Shown in pieces: positions 25,901-35,198 of a DNA stretch of 64,000 bases. Position numbers and translations under genes: made by a program. The DNA comes from Myxococcota bacterium. Lineage in GTDB: Bacteria; Myxococcota_A; UBA796; SXON01. Within the stretch, counting starts at the first letter, position 1. Each line of letters opens with the position of its first letter. The stretch spans positions 222,298 through 286,297 of the forward strand of contig JAZKFH010000005.1 of NCBI GenBank assembly GCA_040386535.1, read 5' to 3'. A model generated the notes under the pieces. That model was given only the letters and a program-made list of their open reading frames with translations. It made no database searches and was not told where the DNA came from.

Positions 25901-26179
25901 CCCGGCACGGAGGGGGCCCCCGGGTTGCTGGTGGTGACGGGCTACGACTTCCAGAACCTCGGTTCGGAGGCCTTCGCCTTCTCGGTCGACACCGGTGACG
26001 TGCTGGGTTCCCTGCCGGTCGACGGCTTCGTGGTGGGCGTCGAGCCGACCACGTGGGGACGCGGGGAGAACGGGATCTCCATCACGACGATGTACGACAC
26101 CTACGGGCTGGATGTCGGGGAGTCCCGGCAGGACAACCGCCCGCAGGCCCGCGAGGACGATGGCCTGAACCGCGACTGA
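22973..26179 (+). CDS. Large acidic FG-GAP/PQQ-like beta-propeller lipoprotein
   Basis: GGLTAC lipobox and many DLDGDG-type Ca-binding repeats (DLDANG, DADGDD, DLDGDR, DLDNDD, DLDDDG, DSDGDG, DVNGDR). Confidence 0.85.
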   Translation: MRRMSTRCQPTPRWGWLVLLGGLTACGYDMPWGAPQATGSPAGSGRTGDTRTGDEREPMDPNAEPSKATGVFEERFVKHGYGAAWTIRTVDLDANGTKELLYGGKGVVAVGEDDEPLWTFELPAVEGEQAYDHGGIDQDKLDDRKRDEGRLGDDPRMADSSSDQEKSDQEKYDAEKKEQKYAEKLRFMGVHVRELRTSEGTLLVLDSANRVHRLDAKTGELLYTVELEGNNNACDFALLDADGDDVPDFFPSGGTSAYSGATGEKLWDADIDFTPSIVKSGNLDTKRGRELLLIGNPESSGEKQDYNICPAEKNALEAMHEGTKEGAEQEGGERVGKRQPGMDSAPRPSDTESSPYQRPAQGSGRDEGRDEGRDEGRDEMQNGIVAVDATGKTLFTGNVPQGEIYTAFIHDLDGDRRGEAIIGLRDNVLMLDSQGQVVQEFAVDGKVEGILAQDLDNDDQDDLIVHAYDQDQSTVYGFGQDGEELWNAPLGARAYTIEAIDLDDDGTNELITALGYGTEQDRAKMGNAPTVAWTLGPNGPEELWRVETLVPARAFVAIEGEQEGEGRMGENELLIASGDAQIHLVSPATGETLETMSAGSMNHAMGAGDLDGDGIAEVINGDVFGNVTAIGQDGDRLFETRLESDGPAVITGIEVAKNEDGKAGMFVVSGFSWRGEDAGVLQAFDDQGNTLFSVTTPNGLAEAKFADLDGDGQQEIVVPYFGFRVGQEQETLRDQQGQGRGQGQGQGQQGRQGSQDDQREEPRQQPMGDQACGVLAYDLDGNLLWQKDMADCDISQIAVGDSDGDGIDEIAYGDLGRNAPYHLALLDGEGEVRWDITSEGDDAVWIEIIDGGVAFGGRSDQEDGHVTVLDAQDGQERWRMDAGSAGDEVPEMEDSPFGAFAGSLFGYEIDDVNGDRMADLAYTTANGDVRVVDGMNGEPIWEGSLKDAAQQSRDDRGDMDQDRDVADLVGGPLTYVPGTEGAPGLLVVTGYDFQNLGSEAFAFSVDTGDVLGSLPVDGFVVGVEPTTWGRGENGISITTMYDTYGLDVGESRQDNRPQAREDDGLNRD
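24065..24109 (+). repeat. In-frame 12-bp tandem repeat encoding RDEG (about 3.75 copies)
   Basis: cgcgacgagggc cgggatgagggc cgggatgagggc cgggacgag. Confidence 0.85.
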
Positions 26180-26206
26180 AGCGCCTTCTGGGCGCCACGA
26201 GAGACC

Positions 26207-26245
26207 AGGGCCCCGCCCGTCGGCATGCCGGCGGCGCGGGGCCCT
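26207..26245 (+). terminator. GC-rich hairpin, probable terminator
   Basis: agggccccgc...gcggggccct inverted repeat after the FG-GAP gene, with a weak U tail. Confidence 0.55.
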
Positions 26246-26250
26246 CTGCT

Positions 26251-26291
26251 TTCCGGGGCGTGCGTTCCGGGGCGTGCGTTCCGGAACGTGC
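26251..26291. repeat. Intergenic 14-bp tandem repeat x3
   Basis: ttccggggcgtgcg ttccggggcgtgcg ttccggaacgtgc. Confidence 0.8.
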
Positions 26292-26349
26292 TAGGAGAAC
26301 CCGTTCCCGAGGACCTCCTGGCCGCCCCTTCGCACCCCCGTTGTCCGCG

Positions 26350-27069
26350 ATGACGGCGGCCGCGCTCGCCGCGCTCTGGGCCTCGCTGGCACCCTCCGTC
26401 GCGACCCAAGCCACCTTTGCCCCCCCTCCCCTGGACGCGAAGGTCTGGGAGGAGGTCGCGTCGGGCAAGGTGGCCCGCCGCACGTTCCCCGGCGAGCCCG
26501 CGACCGTGCTCGGCGTGGGCGTGCTCGACATGACACGGGAGGAGGCCTGGCTCTCGATCACCGACGATCGGCTCTCGGCCGAGATCGAGAGCCTCACCGA
26601 GGTCGCGTTGCAGGGCGCCTGGGCGGCTCCCAAGCGCCTCTACCAACGCCTGGATCTCCCCTGGCCTCTCAATGACCGCCATTGGGTCATCGCGCTGACA
26701 AACAATGCGCGGCTCGCGGCAGCCTCGGGGGTGTGGGAGCGGGCATGGACACTCCGGACCGACCTGCTCGCCGACGCGCGGGCCCGCACCGAAGCCGACC
26801 GCTTCGACGCCGCGGAGACCGTGACCGTCAACGAGGGCGGCTGGCTGCTCGTTCCGCTCGAGGACGGAGACACGCTCGCCGTGTACCAGGCGCGCGCGAC
26901 GCTCGGGGGTGCGATCCCCGACGGGGCGGTCGACAGCTACACCCGGTCGTCCATGACCGGGCTGTACGCGGGCGTCGAGCGCAACGCGGCCAAGGTACGC
27001 GTACGCTATTCGGAGGGGTGTACGCCCCAACCGGGCGCGGATGGCGCGCCGATTCCGTGCTTTCGCTGA
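26350..27069 (+). CDS. Secreted START/SRPBCC-like domain protein
   Basis: Signal peptide; YQRLDLPWPLNDRHWV, NEGGWLLVPL and LGGAIPD resemble START-domain features. Confidence 0.6.
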   Translation: MTAAALAALWASLAPSVATQATFAPPPLDAKVWEEVASGKVARRTFPGEPATVLGVGVLDMTREEAWLSITDDRLSAEIESLTEVALQGAWAAPKRLYQRLDLPWPLNDRHWVIALTNNARLAAASGVWERAWTLRTDLLADARARTEADRFDAAETVTVNEGGWLLVPLEDGDTLAVYQARATLGGAIPDGAVDSYTRSSMTGLYAGVERNAAKVRVRYSEGCTPQPGADGAPIPCFR

Positions 27070-27072
27070 CGA

Positions 27073-27315
27073 TCAACCGACGGGGACGCCCCGCGCCCGC
27101 AAGCGCTTGAGCGCGGCCGAGAACGCGCCACGCGCTTGTTGGTAGGTGCGACGCTGACACACGACGGGCTCGGGCACATCCGTTGGGTCCCAATAGGACG
27201 CGGCATCGGGCGGAGCGGTCGACCAACGCGAGGACCCGTCACAGAAAATGTGGATCCAGCCGGTTGGGTGCTGTAGCAGCAGCGCGACAGCCTGCGCCTC
27301 GGCGAGTGGGTGCAT
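27073..27315 (-). CDS. Small hypothetical protein
   Basis: ATG at 27315 after GGAGAG; no motif recognised. Confidence 0.35.
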   Translation of the reverse strand: MHPLAEAQAVALLLQHPTGWIHIFCDGSSRWSTAPPDAASYWDPTDVPEPVVCQRRTYQQARGAFSAALKRLRARGVPVG

Positions 27316-27361
27316 GAGCTCTCCGCGCCCACCATTACACGAATACGCGCACAATCAAGAC

Positions 27362-27682
27362 CTATGTCGCGCGGAACACGTCGACGAGCACGTCGCGGGG
27401 CCCCTTGGTGTTGAGCACCACCGACATCCCCGCCCGCCGGTGTCGCGCCCGCCCGCTCGCCGCGAGCGTCATCAGTACCCGTTGCACACGCTCCACCGCA
27501 TGTCGCGCCGCGACCGTGGGATCTGCTCCGCCGGGGGCGAGCGCGGCGCGGGCCGCGGGGCTCAACCTGTCCCACACCTGCAGCGCGGTGTAGCCACCGC
27601 CCATCGCGAGGCGCACGCGCTCGCGCAGGCCGGGCGGCCGCAGCGCAGCCAGCACGGCCGCCTCCACATCGGGGTCGGTCAC
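27362..27682 (-). CDS. Hypothetical protein (possible winged helix)
   Basis: 106-aa ORF with good codon bias, in line with the upstream minus-strand genes. Confidence 0.55.
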   Translation of the reverse strand: MTDPDVEAAVLAALRPPGLRERVRLAMGGGYTALQVWDRLSPAARAALAPGGADPTVAARHAVERVQRVLMTLAASGRARHRRAGMSVVLNTKGPRDVLVDVFRAT

Positions 27683-27749
27683 GAGTGGGTCGCACCCGCG
27701 CGGCCGTGGCGCGCGCCCCCGTCCGACCGCCCTCGCCGTGCGATCGGGC

Positions 27750-28064
27750 TCAATACCGCGGCACCGTGGGATCGATCCGGAGGCTCCACGCCTCGATCCC
27801 TCCGCGCATGCTCATGGTCTCGAACCCCTCGCGCTCGAGCAGCACCGCCGCGTTGATCGAGCGGACCCCGGCATGGCAGTAGACCAGCACCGGCCGGCCC
27901 CGCTCGAGCTCATGGGCACGCTCCACCACCTCGTCGAGGGGCAGCAGCACGTCCCCCGGCAGGTGGCAGAGCTCGTGCTCCCATCCTTGCCGGCAGTCCA
28001 CCAGCAGCGGCGGTGTCTCGCTCTCCAACAGCGCCTTCGCCTCTTCCACACTCACCTGACGCAT
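27750..28064 (-). CDS. Single-domain rhodanese-like sulfurtransferase
   Basis: LLVDCRQGWEHELCHLPG, VYCHAGVRS, MRGGIEAWS...DPTVPRY. TAATG overlap with the upstream gene. Confidence 0.9.
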   Translation of the reverse strand: MRQVSVEEAKALLESETPPLLVDCRQGWEHELCHLPGDVLLPLDEVVERAHELERGRPVLVYCHAGVRSINAAVLLEREGFETMSMRGGIEAWSLRIDPTVPRY

Positions 28065-29110
28065 TATCGAGACCCCGTCACAGTCCAGCTCTGGTTGGCA
28101 CAATCGAAGCAGCCGCTCCCCACGAAGTCGGCCGAGAAGGTCCCCGCGAACGTCGTCATCGACGTGAACGTGCCCGAGAACGTGTAGACCTCGGTGCAGC
28201 TCCCGCGCACCACCTGTTCGGCTTCGAAACTGGTGCTCGACGTGAACGTGCCATTCATTTCTCCGGGCTGGGCGCCGCTGCCGAGCACGTTGACCACGAT
28301 GTCCGGTGACGAATCGGTGATGAGCACGCGGTCGAAGTTGATGGTGACCACCCCGAAGGTGCACGAATAGGCGATCGTGTCGTCCAGGTTCCAGGTGTCG
28401 GTGTAGTCGGACACGCAGCCCTCGTCCACATCGCCGTCACAGTCGTCGTCCACCGCGTTGTCACACACTTCGGTGCCGCCGGGGAACGCGCTCACGTCGG
28501 TGTCGTCACAGTCGTCACACTGCGTCCAACCGTCGGCGTCGAGGTCCGAACCATCCAACGTGGCAACGTCACAATCGTCGTCCACGCCGTTACAGGCCGT
28601 CTCGGTGACACCCGGGCCCACCGCGGGATCCCCCTCGTTGCAGTCGTCGCAAGCGGTGGCGCCGTCCTCGTCCGCGTCCACCCCGTCGAGCGTGGCCGGG
28701 TCACAGTCGTCGTCGATGGTGTTGCAGGCGACCTCGAGCTTGCCCGGGTTCACATCGGGCTCGCCGTCCGCGCAGTCTTCGCACGCCGAGAAGCCATCCT
28801 CGTCCACGTCGTCGCCGTCGGGCGTCGCGTCGTCGCAATCGTCGTCCAGCCCGTTGCAGCCCACCTCGGCGACGCCGGGGCGGATGGCAGGGTCCGCGTC
28901 GTCGCAGTCCAGGTCGACCGCGGCGTAGGTGGCGGCGCAGTCTGGGTTGGTGCCGTCGAACGCGCCGTCCTGGTCGACGTCGAAGGGGGCGTCGACCGTG
29001 TCCTCCTGCTGCTGGAGGACACCGTCGCACTGGGCCTGTTTGGTGATGCCGATGTCGCTCGCGCATGCCACGAGCAGGAGCGGAAGGAGCTTGGGGGAGG
29101 AGCGGAACAT
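28064..29110 (-). CDS. Lipoprotein with Cys/Asp putative metal-binding repeats (myxobacterial type)
   Basis: LLLVAC lipobox and four DCDDxDPxxxPG-ExxCNGxDDDCD repeats. Confidence 0.88.
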   Translation of the reverse strand: MFRSSPKLLPLLLVACASDIGITKQAQCDGVLQQQEDTVDAPFDVDQDGAFDGTNPDCAATYAAVDLDCDDADPAIRPGVAEVGCNGLDDDCDDATPDGDDVDEDGFSACEDCADGEPDVNPGKLEVACNTIDDDCDPATLDGVDADEDGATACDDCNEGDPAVGPGVTETACNGVDDDCDVATLDGSDLDADGWTQCDDCDDTDVSAFPGGTEVCDNAVDDDCDGDVDEGCVSDYTDTWNLDDTIAYSCTFGVVTINFDRVLITDSSPDIVVNVLGSGAQPGEMNGTFTSSTSFEAEQVVRGSCTEVYTFSGTFTSMTTFAGTFSADFVGSGCFDCANQSWTVTGSR

Positions 29111-29337
29111 GTGGCCACCTCGACGTCGGCCGCATGGTAGCACCGCGCGGTCCAGGGCCTCCGCCGTGGGCGCGCCGACCTCCCAGAGTGGGGCATGGAT
29201 GCCCCACCGGGGCACGCTTGCCTCAGCGCAAAAAGGTCGTCCAGGGGCTTGATTCCCAGCTCCCCTCGACACATCTCATGCTACGCTGCGCGGCGCGGTG
29301 GGAGCTCCCCTTTCCGTCGCTCGCTCCGGAGGCTTGG

Positions 29338-30768
29338 ATGCGTCGCTCGATCCTGTTCGTCCCCCTGTTTGTCCTGGCTTGCACGCCCGACTACGACATC
29401 GGCGCTGTCAAGCCCGACGAAGATGGCGGCCCCCAGATCGAAGTGGATCCCACAGATCTCTTCTTTGGCACCGGCGCGGCGGGTGACGAGATCGCGCAGA
29501 CCTTCACCATCACGAGCATCGGCTCCACCACCGCCTCCATCACCGAGGTCGTGATCGACGGCGCCGAGTTCGCGGTGACCAGCTTCTCCGCCGGCCGCCT
29601 CGAGGTCGACGAGTCGATGGACGTGGTCGTCACCTACACCGCCACGGGTGAGGAGGACTTCGGCACCGCCCAGGTCTTCAGCGACGACCTGGACTCCCCG
29701 CACACCGTCACCCTCAACGGCGGCGGGCTCGTGCCCGAGCTCGTGATCGACCCCGACGCGTACGACTACGGCTACGTCGCCGTGGGCGAGAGCGCCTCGA
29801 CCGAGTTCGCGCTCCGCAACGTCGGCGGCACCACGCTCGAGATCACGGCGCTGAGCCTCACCGAGTCCGTGTTCACCTACACGATCTCCGACGAGCTCCC
29901 CTTCCAGATCGAGCCGGGCGACGACAAGACCGTCACCGTCACCTTCGAGCCCGACGCGAGCGAGGTCTGGTCCGGCCAGCTCCAGGTCGGCAGCAACGAC
30001 CCCGCCGGCATGAAGTTCGCCACGCTCGACGCGTCGGGCGCGGGTGACCAGCCGATCGCCGTCTGCTACGCGAATCCCGACACCATCGAGGCGATCCACG
30101 AGGACGCGACCTGGTACGGGAACGACTCCTACGATCCCGCTGGCTACCGGATCACCGACTACACCTGGACCCTGACCTCGACCCCGAGCGGCTCGTCCGC
30201 CCGGATGCCGGGAGACGCAGGCGACGCCAACCGCCCCCGCTTCGTCCCCGATCTCGCCGGCACCTACGAGGCCGAGCTGGTCGTGACGAACGAGCTCGGG
30301 GATCGCTCGGAGCCCTGCACCGCGACGCTCGAGGCCATCCCCGGCGGTGACCTGTGGATCGAGATCTTCTGGACCCACAGCGGCGACGACATGGATCTCC
30401 ACCTGCTCAAGCCGGGCGGCTCGCTGGTGGGCAATGGGGACTGCTACTACGGCAACTGCGCCGGCAGCTTCTCCAGCCTGGACTGGGGCGTGCGCGGAGA
30501 TCCGGATGACGACCCGGTCCTCGACATCGACGACATCCCCGGCACCGGCCCCGAGAACATCAACATCGACGACCCGCAGGACGGCACCTTCACGGTGTAC
30601 GTGCACGACTACCCGGGCTCCGTGTACAACGGCAACAACGACGTCACGATGAACATCTACATCGGCGGCCTGTTGGAGTGGACCGACACCCGGAACGTGA
30701 ATGACGAGGATCTGTACGCGCCCTTCGCCGAGATCGAGTGGCCGGACGGGATCGTCACGGATCTCTGA
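29338..30768 (+). CDS. Lipoprotein with ASPM-SPD-2-Hydin (choice-of-anchor D) Ig domains, PKD-like domain and YfaP-like C-terminus
   Basis: FVLAC lipobox; DYGYVAVG...LRNVG...SNDP; SYDP..YTW; WTHSGDDMDLHL...GPENINI. Confidence 0.8.
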   Translation: MRRSILFVPLFVLACTPDYDIGAVKPDEDGGPQIEVDPTDLFFGTGAAGDEIAQTFTITSIGSTTASITEVVIDGAEFAVTSFSAGRLEVDESMDVVVTYTATGEEDFGTAQVFSDDLDSPHTVTLNGGGLVPELVIDPDAYDYGYVAVGESASTEFALRNVGGTTLEITALSLTESVFTYTISDELPFQIEPGDDKTVTVTFEPDASEVWSGQLQVGSNDPAGMKFATLDASGAGDQPIAVCYANPDTIEAIHEDATWYGNDSYDPAGYRITDYTWTLTSTPSGSSARMPGDAGDANRPRFVPDLAGTYEAELVVTNELGDRSEPCTATLEAIPGGDLWIEIFWTHSGDDMDLHLLKPGGSLVGNGDCYYGNCAGSFSSLDWGVRGDPDDDPVLDIDDIPGTGPENINIDDPQDGTFTVYVHDYPGSVYNGNNDVTMNIYIGGLLEWTDTRNVNDEDLYAPFAEIEWPDGIVTDL

Positions 30769-30842
30769 GCGCGCCGCTGGCGCTCCCGCCAGCGCGCCGA
30801 TCCGTCGGGATTAAACCGGCGTGAAGGAAGGTACCCCAGCCC

Positions 30843-32945
30843 ATGAACAGCCCCGTCCGTCTGGCGATCGGGCTGTTCCTGCTTTTGGCGGTGTCGTGGG
30901 GCGTGCTCCAGTTCGGGGCTGACCTGTACCCCGCGGCCGCCATCGCGCAGATGGCGGCCCCGGACACCGGCGCCCTGCACCTCTCCGCCCTCGCCCTCTT
31001 GCTCGTGCAGATGGCGGTGATCCTCGCCGTGTCCCGGCTGACCGGGATCGGCTTCCGCCGCATCGGCCAGCCGCTCGTGGTGGCCGAGATCGTGGCGGGG
31101 ATCCTCCTCGGCCCGTCGGGGCTCGGCGCCATCGCGCCGGACGTGCTCCTGGCCGTGTTCCCGCCCGAGGGCATGGACGCCCTCTCGGCGGTCAGCCAGC
31201 TCGGGCTCGTGCTCTTCATGTTCGTGGTGGGGCTCGAGTTCGACTTCGGGCTCGTGAAGAGCCGCGGCCCGCTGGCGCTGGTCATCAGCCAGTACGGCAT
31301 GATCGTGCCGTTCCTGCTCGGGGGCCTGCTCGCGATCGGCCTGTACCCGGTGTTCGCGGACCCCGGCGTCCCGTTCGTCGCCTTCGGGATGTTCCTGGGC
31401 GCCTCGATGAGCGTCACCGCCTTCCCGGTCCTGGCCCGCATCCTCTCGGAGCGGGGGCTGATGCGCACGCCGATCGGCGCGCTCACGCTGACGTGCGCGG
31501 CGGTGGGCGACGTCACCGCGTGGTGCCTGCTCGCGGTCACCATCGCGATCGTGCGCGCGGGCAGCCTGGGGATGGGGCTCGTGACCACCACGCTCGCCCT
31601 CGGCTTCGTCGCCCTGATGGTCGGTGCGCTCCGGCCGCTCCTGGCGCGCGTGGCGTCGCGCTACGGCACCCTCGAGGACATGGGGCAGACCGCCGTGGCC
31701 GCCATCCTCCTGGCGCTCCTCGTGTGCGCGACGGTGGCCGAGGCCATCGGGATCCATGCGCTGTTCGGAGCCTTCCTGTTCGGCGTGGTCGTGCCGCGGC
31801 AGGGGCAGGTGGTGCGGGGGCTGGTGGAGCGCATCGAGGACGTGGTGGTGGTCCTCTTCCTGCCGCTGTTCTTCGCGTTCACCGGGCTGCGCACCGAGAT
31901 CGGCCTCCTGTCCGGCGCGAACCTCTGGGGGTGGTGCGCGCTGGTGGTCGTGGTGGCGACGGTGGGGAAGCTCGCGGGCACCGCCATCCCCGCGCGGCTG
32001 GGTGGCCTGTCGTGGCGCGAGAGCGCAACGGTCGGGGTGCTCATGAACACCCGCGGCCTGATGGAGCTCGTGATCCTCAACATCGGGCGGGACCTCGGCG
32101 TGCTCTCTCCCACCCTGTTCACCATCCTGGTGATCATGGCGGTGGTGACCACGGTTGTCACCTCCCCGATCATCGGTTGGTTGCAGCCCCCCGAGCGCGT
32201 GCTCGCCCAGACCGCGGAGGCCTCACCACAGCCAAACGCCGTGCTGGCCTGTGTCGCCCATCCGGAGAGCGCGGTCGGGTTGGGCCGCATCACCGCGGCG
32301 TTGTGCCGGGGCACCGGGGCGCGGGGCTGGGCGCTCCGCCTCATCCCAATCGACGACCAGGCGACGATGTTTCCCGAGGGGACGATGGCCGAGCCGGACG
32401 CCGCCGGGGAGAGCGCCGCCGACCTGCTTGCGGAGGAGGCGCGGCGACTGGGCGCGCCGGTGGAGGCGTTTGGATTCCGCTCGTCCGCGCCGGCCCGAGA
32501 CATCGTGGCCGTGGCCGCGCTGAAGGAGGCCGACATCGTCTTGTTGGGCCTTCATCGTCCATTGATGGGCACCGCGTGGCTCGGGGGCCCCCTGCTCGAG
32601 ATCACGCAGCGGGCCCGCCAGACCGTCTGCATGTTTCATGACACGGGCTTCGTGCGACCCGCGCGCGTGTTGCTTCTCCAGGGTGGTGACCACGCGGAAG
32701 CAGCGCGTGGCATCGCCGAGCGCATCGCGCGGGATCCGGCGGTTGAACTGGTGAAATTCGACCAGGGCCCGAGTGAGGCTGCCATCCTGGCGCTGCTCGC
32801 CGCGTCCGGGCGCTACGACCTGGTGGTTGTCAGCGTCGGGCCCGAGTGGGGATTGGCAATGAACGTGTTCGATGTACGGGTTCACCCGCTAGTCACCGGC
32901 CTCGCATGCTCGTTGCTCGCCGTCCATGGCGCAAACGACGCATAG
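30843..32945 (+). CDS. CPA2 cation:proton antiporter with C-terminal USP-like domains
   Basis: GQPLVVAEIVAGILLGPS, SVTAFPVLARIL, LPLFFAFTGLRT, MNTRGLMELVILNIG. Confidence 0.93.
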   Translation: MNSPVRLAIGLFLLLAVSWGVLQFGADLYPAAAIAQMAAPDTGALHLSALALLLVQMAVILAVSRLTGIGFRRIGQPLVVAEIVAGILLGPSGLGAIAPDVLLAVFPPEGMDALSAVSQLGLVLFMFVVGLEFDFGLVKSRGPLALVISQYGMIVPFLLGGLLAIGLYPVFADPGVPFVAFGMFLGASMSVTAFPVLARILSERGLMRTPIGALTLTCAAVGDVTAWCLLAVTIAIVRAGSLGMGLVTTTLALGFVALMVGALRPLLARVASRYGTLEDMGQTAVAAILLALLVCATVAEAIGIHALFGAFLFGVVVPRQGQVVRGLVERIEDVVVVLFLPLFFAFTGLRTEIGLLSGANLWGWCALVVVVATVGKLAGTAIPARLGGLSWRESATVGVLMNTRGLMELVILNIGRDLGVLSPTLFTILVIMAVVTTVVTSPIIGWLQPPERVLAQTAEASPQPNAVLACVAHPESAVGLGRITAALCRGTGARGWALRLIPIDDQATMFPEGTMAEPDAAGESAADLLAEEARRLGAPVEAFGFRSSAPARDIVAVAALKEADIVLLGLHRPLMGTAWLGGPLLEITQRARQTVCMFHDTGFVRPARVLLLQGGDHAEAARGIAERIARDPAVELVKFDQGPSEAAILALLAASGRYDLVVVSVGPEWGLAMNVFDVRVHPLVTGLACSLLAVHGANDA

Positions 32946-33099
32946 GTTCACTCGCATCGTTCAACGTCAGTTTCCCGTACCGACCGTCGTACGGACGGGC
33001 ACGACGACGAAAGCTCGGCTCTTTGGTTTCGGGTATGGCATTTCGGGCCCCACTTCGGAGGGTGCCTGAGTTAGGCTCGCGGCGCCGATAGAGGTCACC

Positions 33100-33843
33100 G
33101 TGCCCGACAAATCCGTCCTTGCTGCCCATCGCAACCGTCTAGGAAAGGTCCCAGACCAGAAAATCGCCGATCAAGCGGGAGTGTCCCGCACGCTCGTCGT
33201 GAACTACCGAAAGAAGCTGGGCATCCCCGCGTACCAGGGCCACAAGGGCGTCGTGCCCGCGGCCAAGGCCGTGGTCCCCCCCCTCGATGACCGCCCGTTC
33301 CGCGGCCGTCGGTCGGCCCTCGACCCGTTCCGCCAGCAGCTGGGGACCGTGCCGGACTCCGAGATCGCGCGCCTCGCCGGCGTGACGGCCGAGAACGTTC
33401 GCACCTACCGCCAGCGGCGCCTCATCGCGCCCGCGTGGCAAGCGGGCGACGCGCTGGAAGAGGCCGCGCCGGTCACCCCCTCGCCCGCACCCACGGTGAG
33501 CGTGGCGTCCGTCGCCGCCCGTGTCACCCCGCCGGTCGATGCGCCCGTGCGCGCCAAGCGGGTGCGCGCGGCCGATCCCACGCCTGTCGCCGCCCCCGAG
33601 CCCCTCACCCGCACCGAGAATCGCGTGCTGCCGTTCGCGCCCACGCGCCCGGCGGCCGAATCCTCCACCCTGGGCACCGCCTTCCTCGTCCTCGTGGACA
33701 CGGACCAGGGCCCCCGGAGCTACGCGCTGTTGGCGCTGGACATCGCGGCGGCCGCAGCCGAGGCAGCCGCGCGGGTCCCCATGCGGCACCCGGACGGCAC
33801 CATCCGCGCCATCCAGCGTGTCGCCGAGCTGCTCCCGACGTAG
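33100..33843 (+). CDS. Protein with two HTH-like repeats and a Pro/Ala linker
   Basis: LGKVPDQKIADQAGVSRTLVVNYRKKLGI and LGTVPDSEIARLAGVTAENVRTYRQRRLI. Confidence 0.7.
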   Translation: MPDKSVLAAHRNRLGKVPDQKIADQAGVSRTLVVNYRKKLGIPAYQGHKGVVPAAKAVVPPLDDRPFRGRRSALDPFRQQLGTVPDSEIARLAGVTAENVRTYRQRRLIAPAWQAGDALEEAAPVTPSPAPTVSVASVAARVTPPVDAPVRAKRVRAADPTPVAAPEPLTRTENRVLPFAPTRPAAESSTLGTAFLVLVDTDQGPRSYALLALDIAAAAAEAAARVPMRHPDGTIRAIQRVAELLPT

Positions 33844-33897
33844 TGCGGGCCGGGCCTCCCGCGGCCGCTCTGCGCGTCGCGGGAGGCCCTGGAGCCG

Positions 33898-34161
33898 CTA
33901 GCTGAACAAGCGCGCCCATTCCTGGGTGAGCAGCTCCTTGGACTCGGCGCGCATGTTGGTCTCCGCGTCGAACAAGAGGATCGCGGCGGCCCGCCGCAGC
34001 TCCTCGTAGGTCACCACGCGCCCGGGGCGCGGCTGCGCGACGAGCTGCTCGGTGAGGCGCTCCACCGCGGGCTCGTCGAGGTGCCCGAGGTCACGGAGCA
34101 TCTCCAGGAAGTCCCCCGCGCGGGGATCGAGCTCGAGGTGTTGGATAGGCGAGCGGCTCAT
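33898..34161 (-). CDS. Smg/DUF494-like protein
   Basis: 87-aa ORF (MSRSPIQHLE...) overlapping the dprA stop (ATGA). Position and the FLEMLRDLGHLD...ELRR pattern fit the Smg C-terminal region. Confidence 0.55.
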   Translation of the reverse strand: MSRSPIQHLELDPRAGDFLEMLRDLGHLDEPAVERLTEQLVAQPRPGRVVTYEELRRAAAILLFDAETNMRAESKELLTQEWARLFS

Positions 34162-35198
34162 GTAGTTCGGGCCAGGTAGCGACGCCCCGGTAACCGGATC
34201 GCCCGGCCCGTCAATTCCAGCAGCCCCAGGTGGGCCATCACCTCCGCGTACGGAAGGCCCGTGCGCGCGGCCAGATCCTCCGGCGTGGCGGCCGTGGCGA
34301 TGAAGCGGAGGATCCCCGCCTCCCCCACCGGCACCTCTGTCTCCGGCCCCGCCTTCGGCACGAGCCCGGCGACCTCGATGACGGTGTGGGCCCCGCGGAT
34401 CACGGTCGCGCCTTGCTCGATGAGGTCCAGGCAGCCGAACGACGCGGACGCCCCGAGCGGGCCGGGCAGCGCCAGCACCTCCCGGCCGTACCGGAGCGCG
34501 TGCGACGCCGTGTTCCGGGCGCCGCTGCGCTCCCCGGCCTCGATGACCGCGACGGCGGACGCGAGGCCGGCGATGATGCGGTTGCGGATGGGGAAGGTGA
34601 ACGGGGTCGCGCGCCCGTCGGGGGGCAGCTCCGACACGACGCAGCCCCCCTTGGCGAGGAGCGTGTCCCGGACGCGGCGCTGCCAGGCGGGCATCGGCGC
34701 GTCGATCCCCTGGCCCAACACGGCGATGGTCGCGCCGCCTGCCGCGTTGTGCGCCGCCATGTCGATACCGGCGGCCAGCCCGGACACCACCACCGCGCCC
34801 GCGGAGACCACGGCCGTGGCGATCCGCGCCGCCCATTCGCGACCGTACGGCGTGCACGCGCGCGCGCCCACCACCGCCACCGTGGGCTCCGCCAACAACG
34901 CGATGTTCCCCTCCACCGAGAGGGCCACGGGCCCGAAGGGAAGGTCGGTCAGCGCGGCGGGCCACTCTGGTTGGCCGACATGGATGAACCGTACCCCCGG
35001 CCGGCGGACGTGCCAGGTCGCGACGCCAGCGGCGCGGAGCACATCCGGCACGGACATGCCGGCCTCGCGGAGGCGGCCGATGTCGGCTCCACCCGCGCCA
35101 CCCGGCGCGACCCGCGCCAACGCGTGAAGGATTGGCCACAGGTCCCGCCGCGGCGATGCCACGGCCAGCCCCGGCCAGGGGGATTCCAATGATGTCAT
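34158..35198 (-). CDS. dprA: DNA-processing protein DprA/Smf
   Basis: VAVVGARACTPYG, VVSGLAAGIDMAAH, FPIRNRIIAGLA, IEAGERSGARNTA and a C-terminal winged helix. Confidence 0.95.
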   Translation of the reverse strand: MTSLESPWPGLAVASPRRDLWPILHALARVAPGGAGGADIGRLREAGMSVPDVLRAAGVATWHVRRPGVRFIHVGQPEWPAALTDLPFGPVALSVEGNIALLAEPTVAVVGARACTPYGREWAARIATAVVSAGAVVVSGLAAGIDMAAHNAAGGATIAVLGQGIDAPMPAWQRRVRDTLLAKGGCVVSELPPDGRATPFTFPIRNRIIAGLASAVAVIEAGERSGARNTASHALRYGREVLALPGPLGASASFGCLDLIEQGATVIRGAHTVIEVAGLVPKAGPETEVPVGEAGILRFIATAATPEDLAARTGLPYAEVMAHLGLLELTGRAIRLPGRRYLARTT

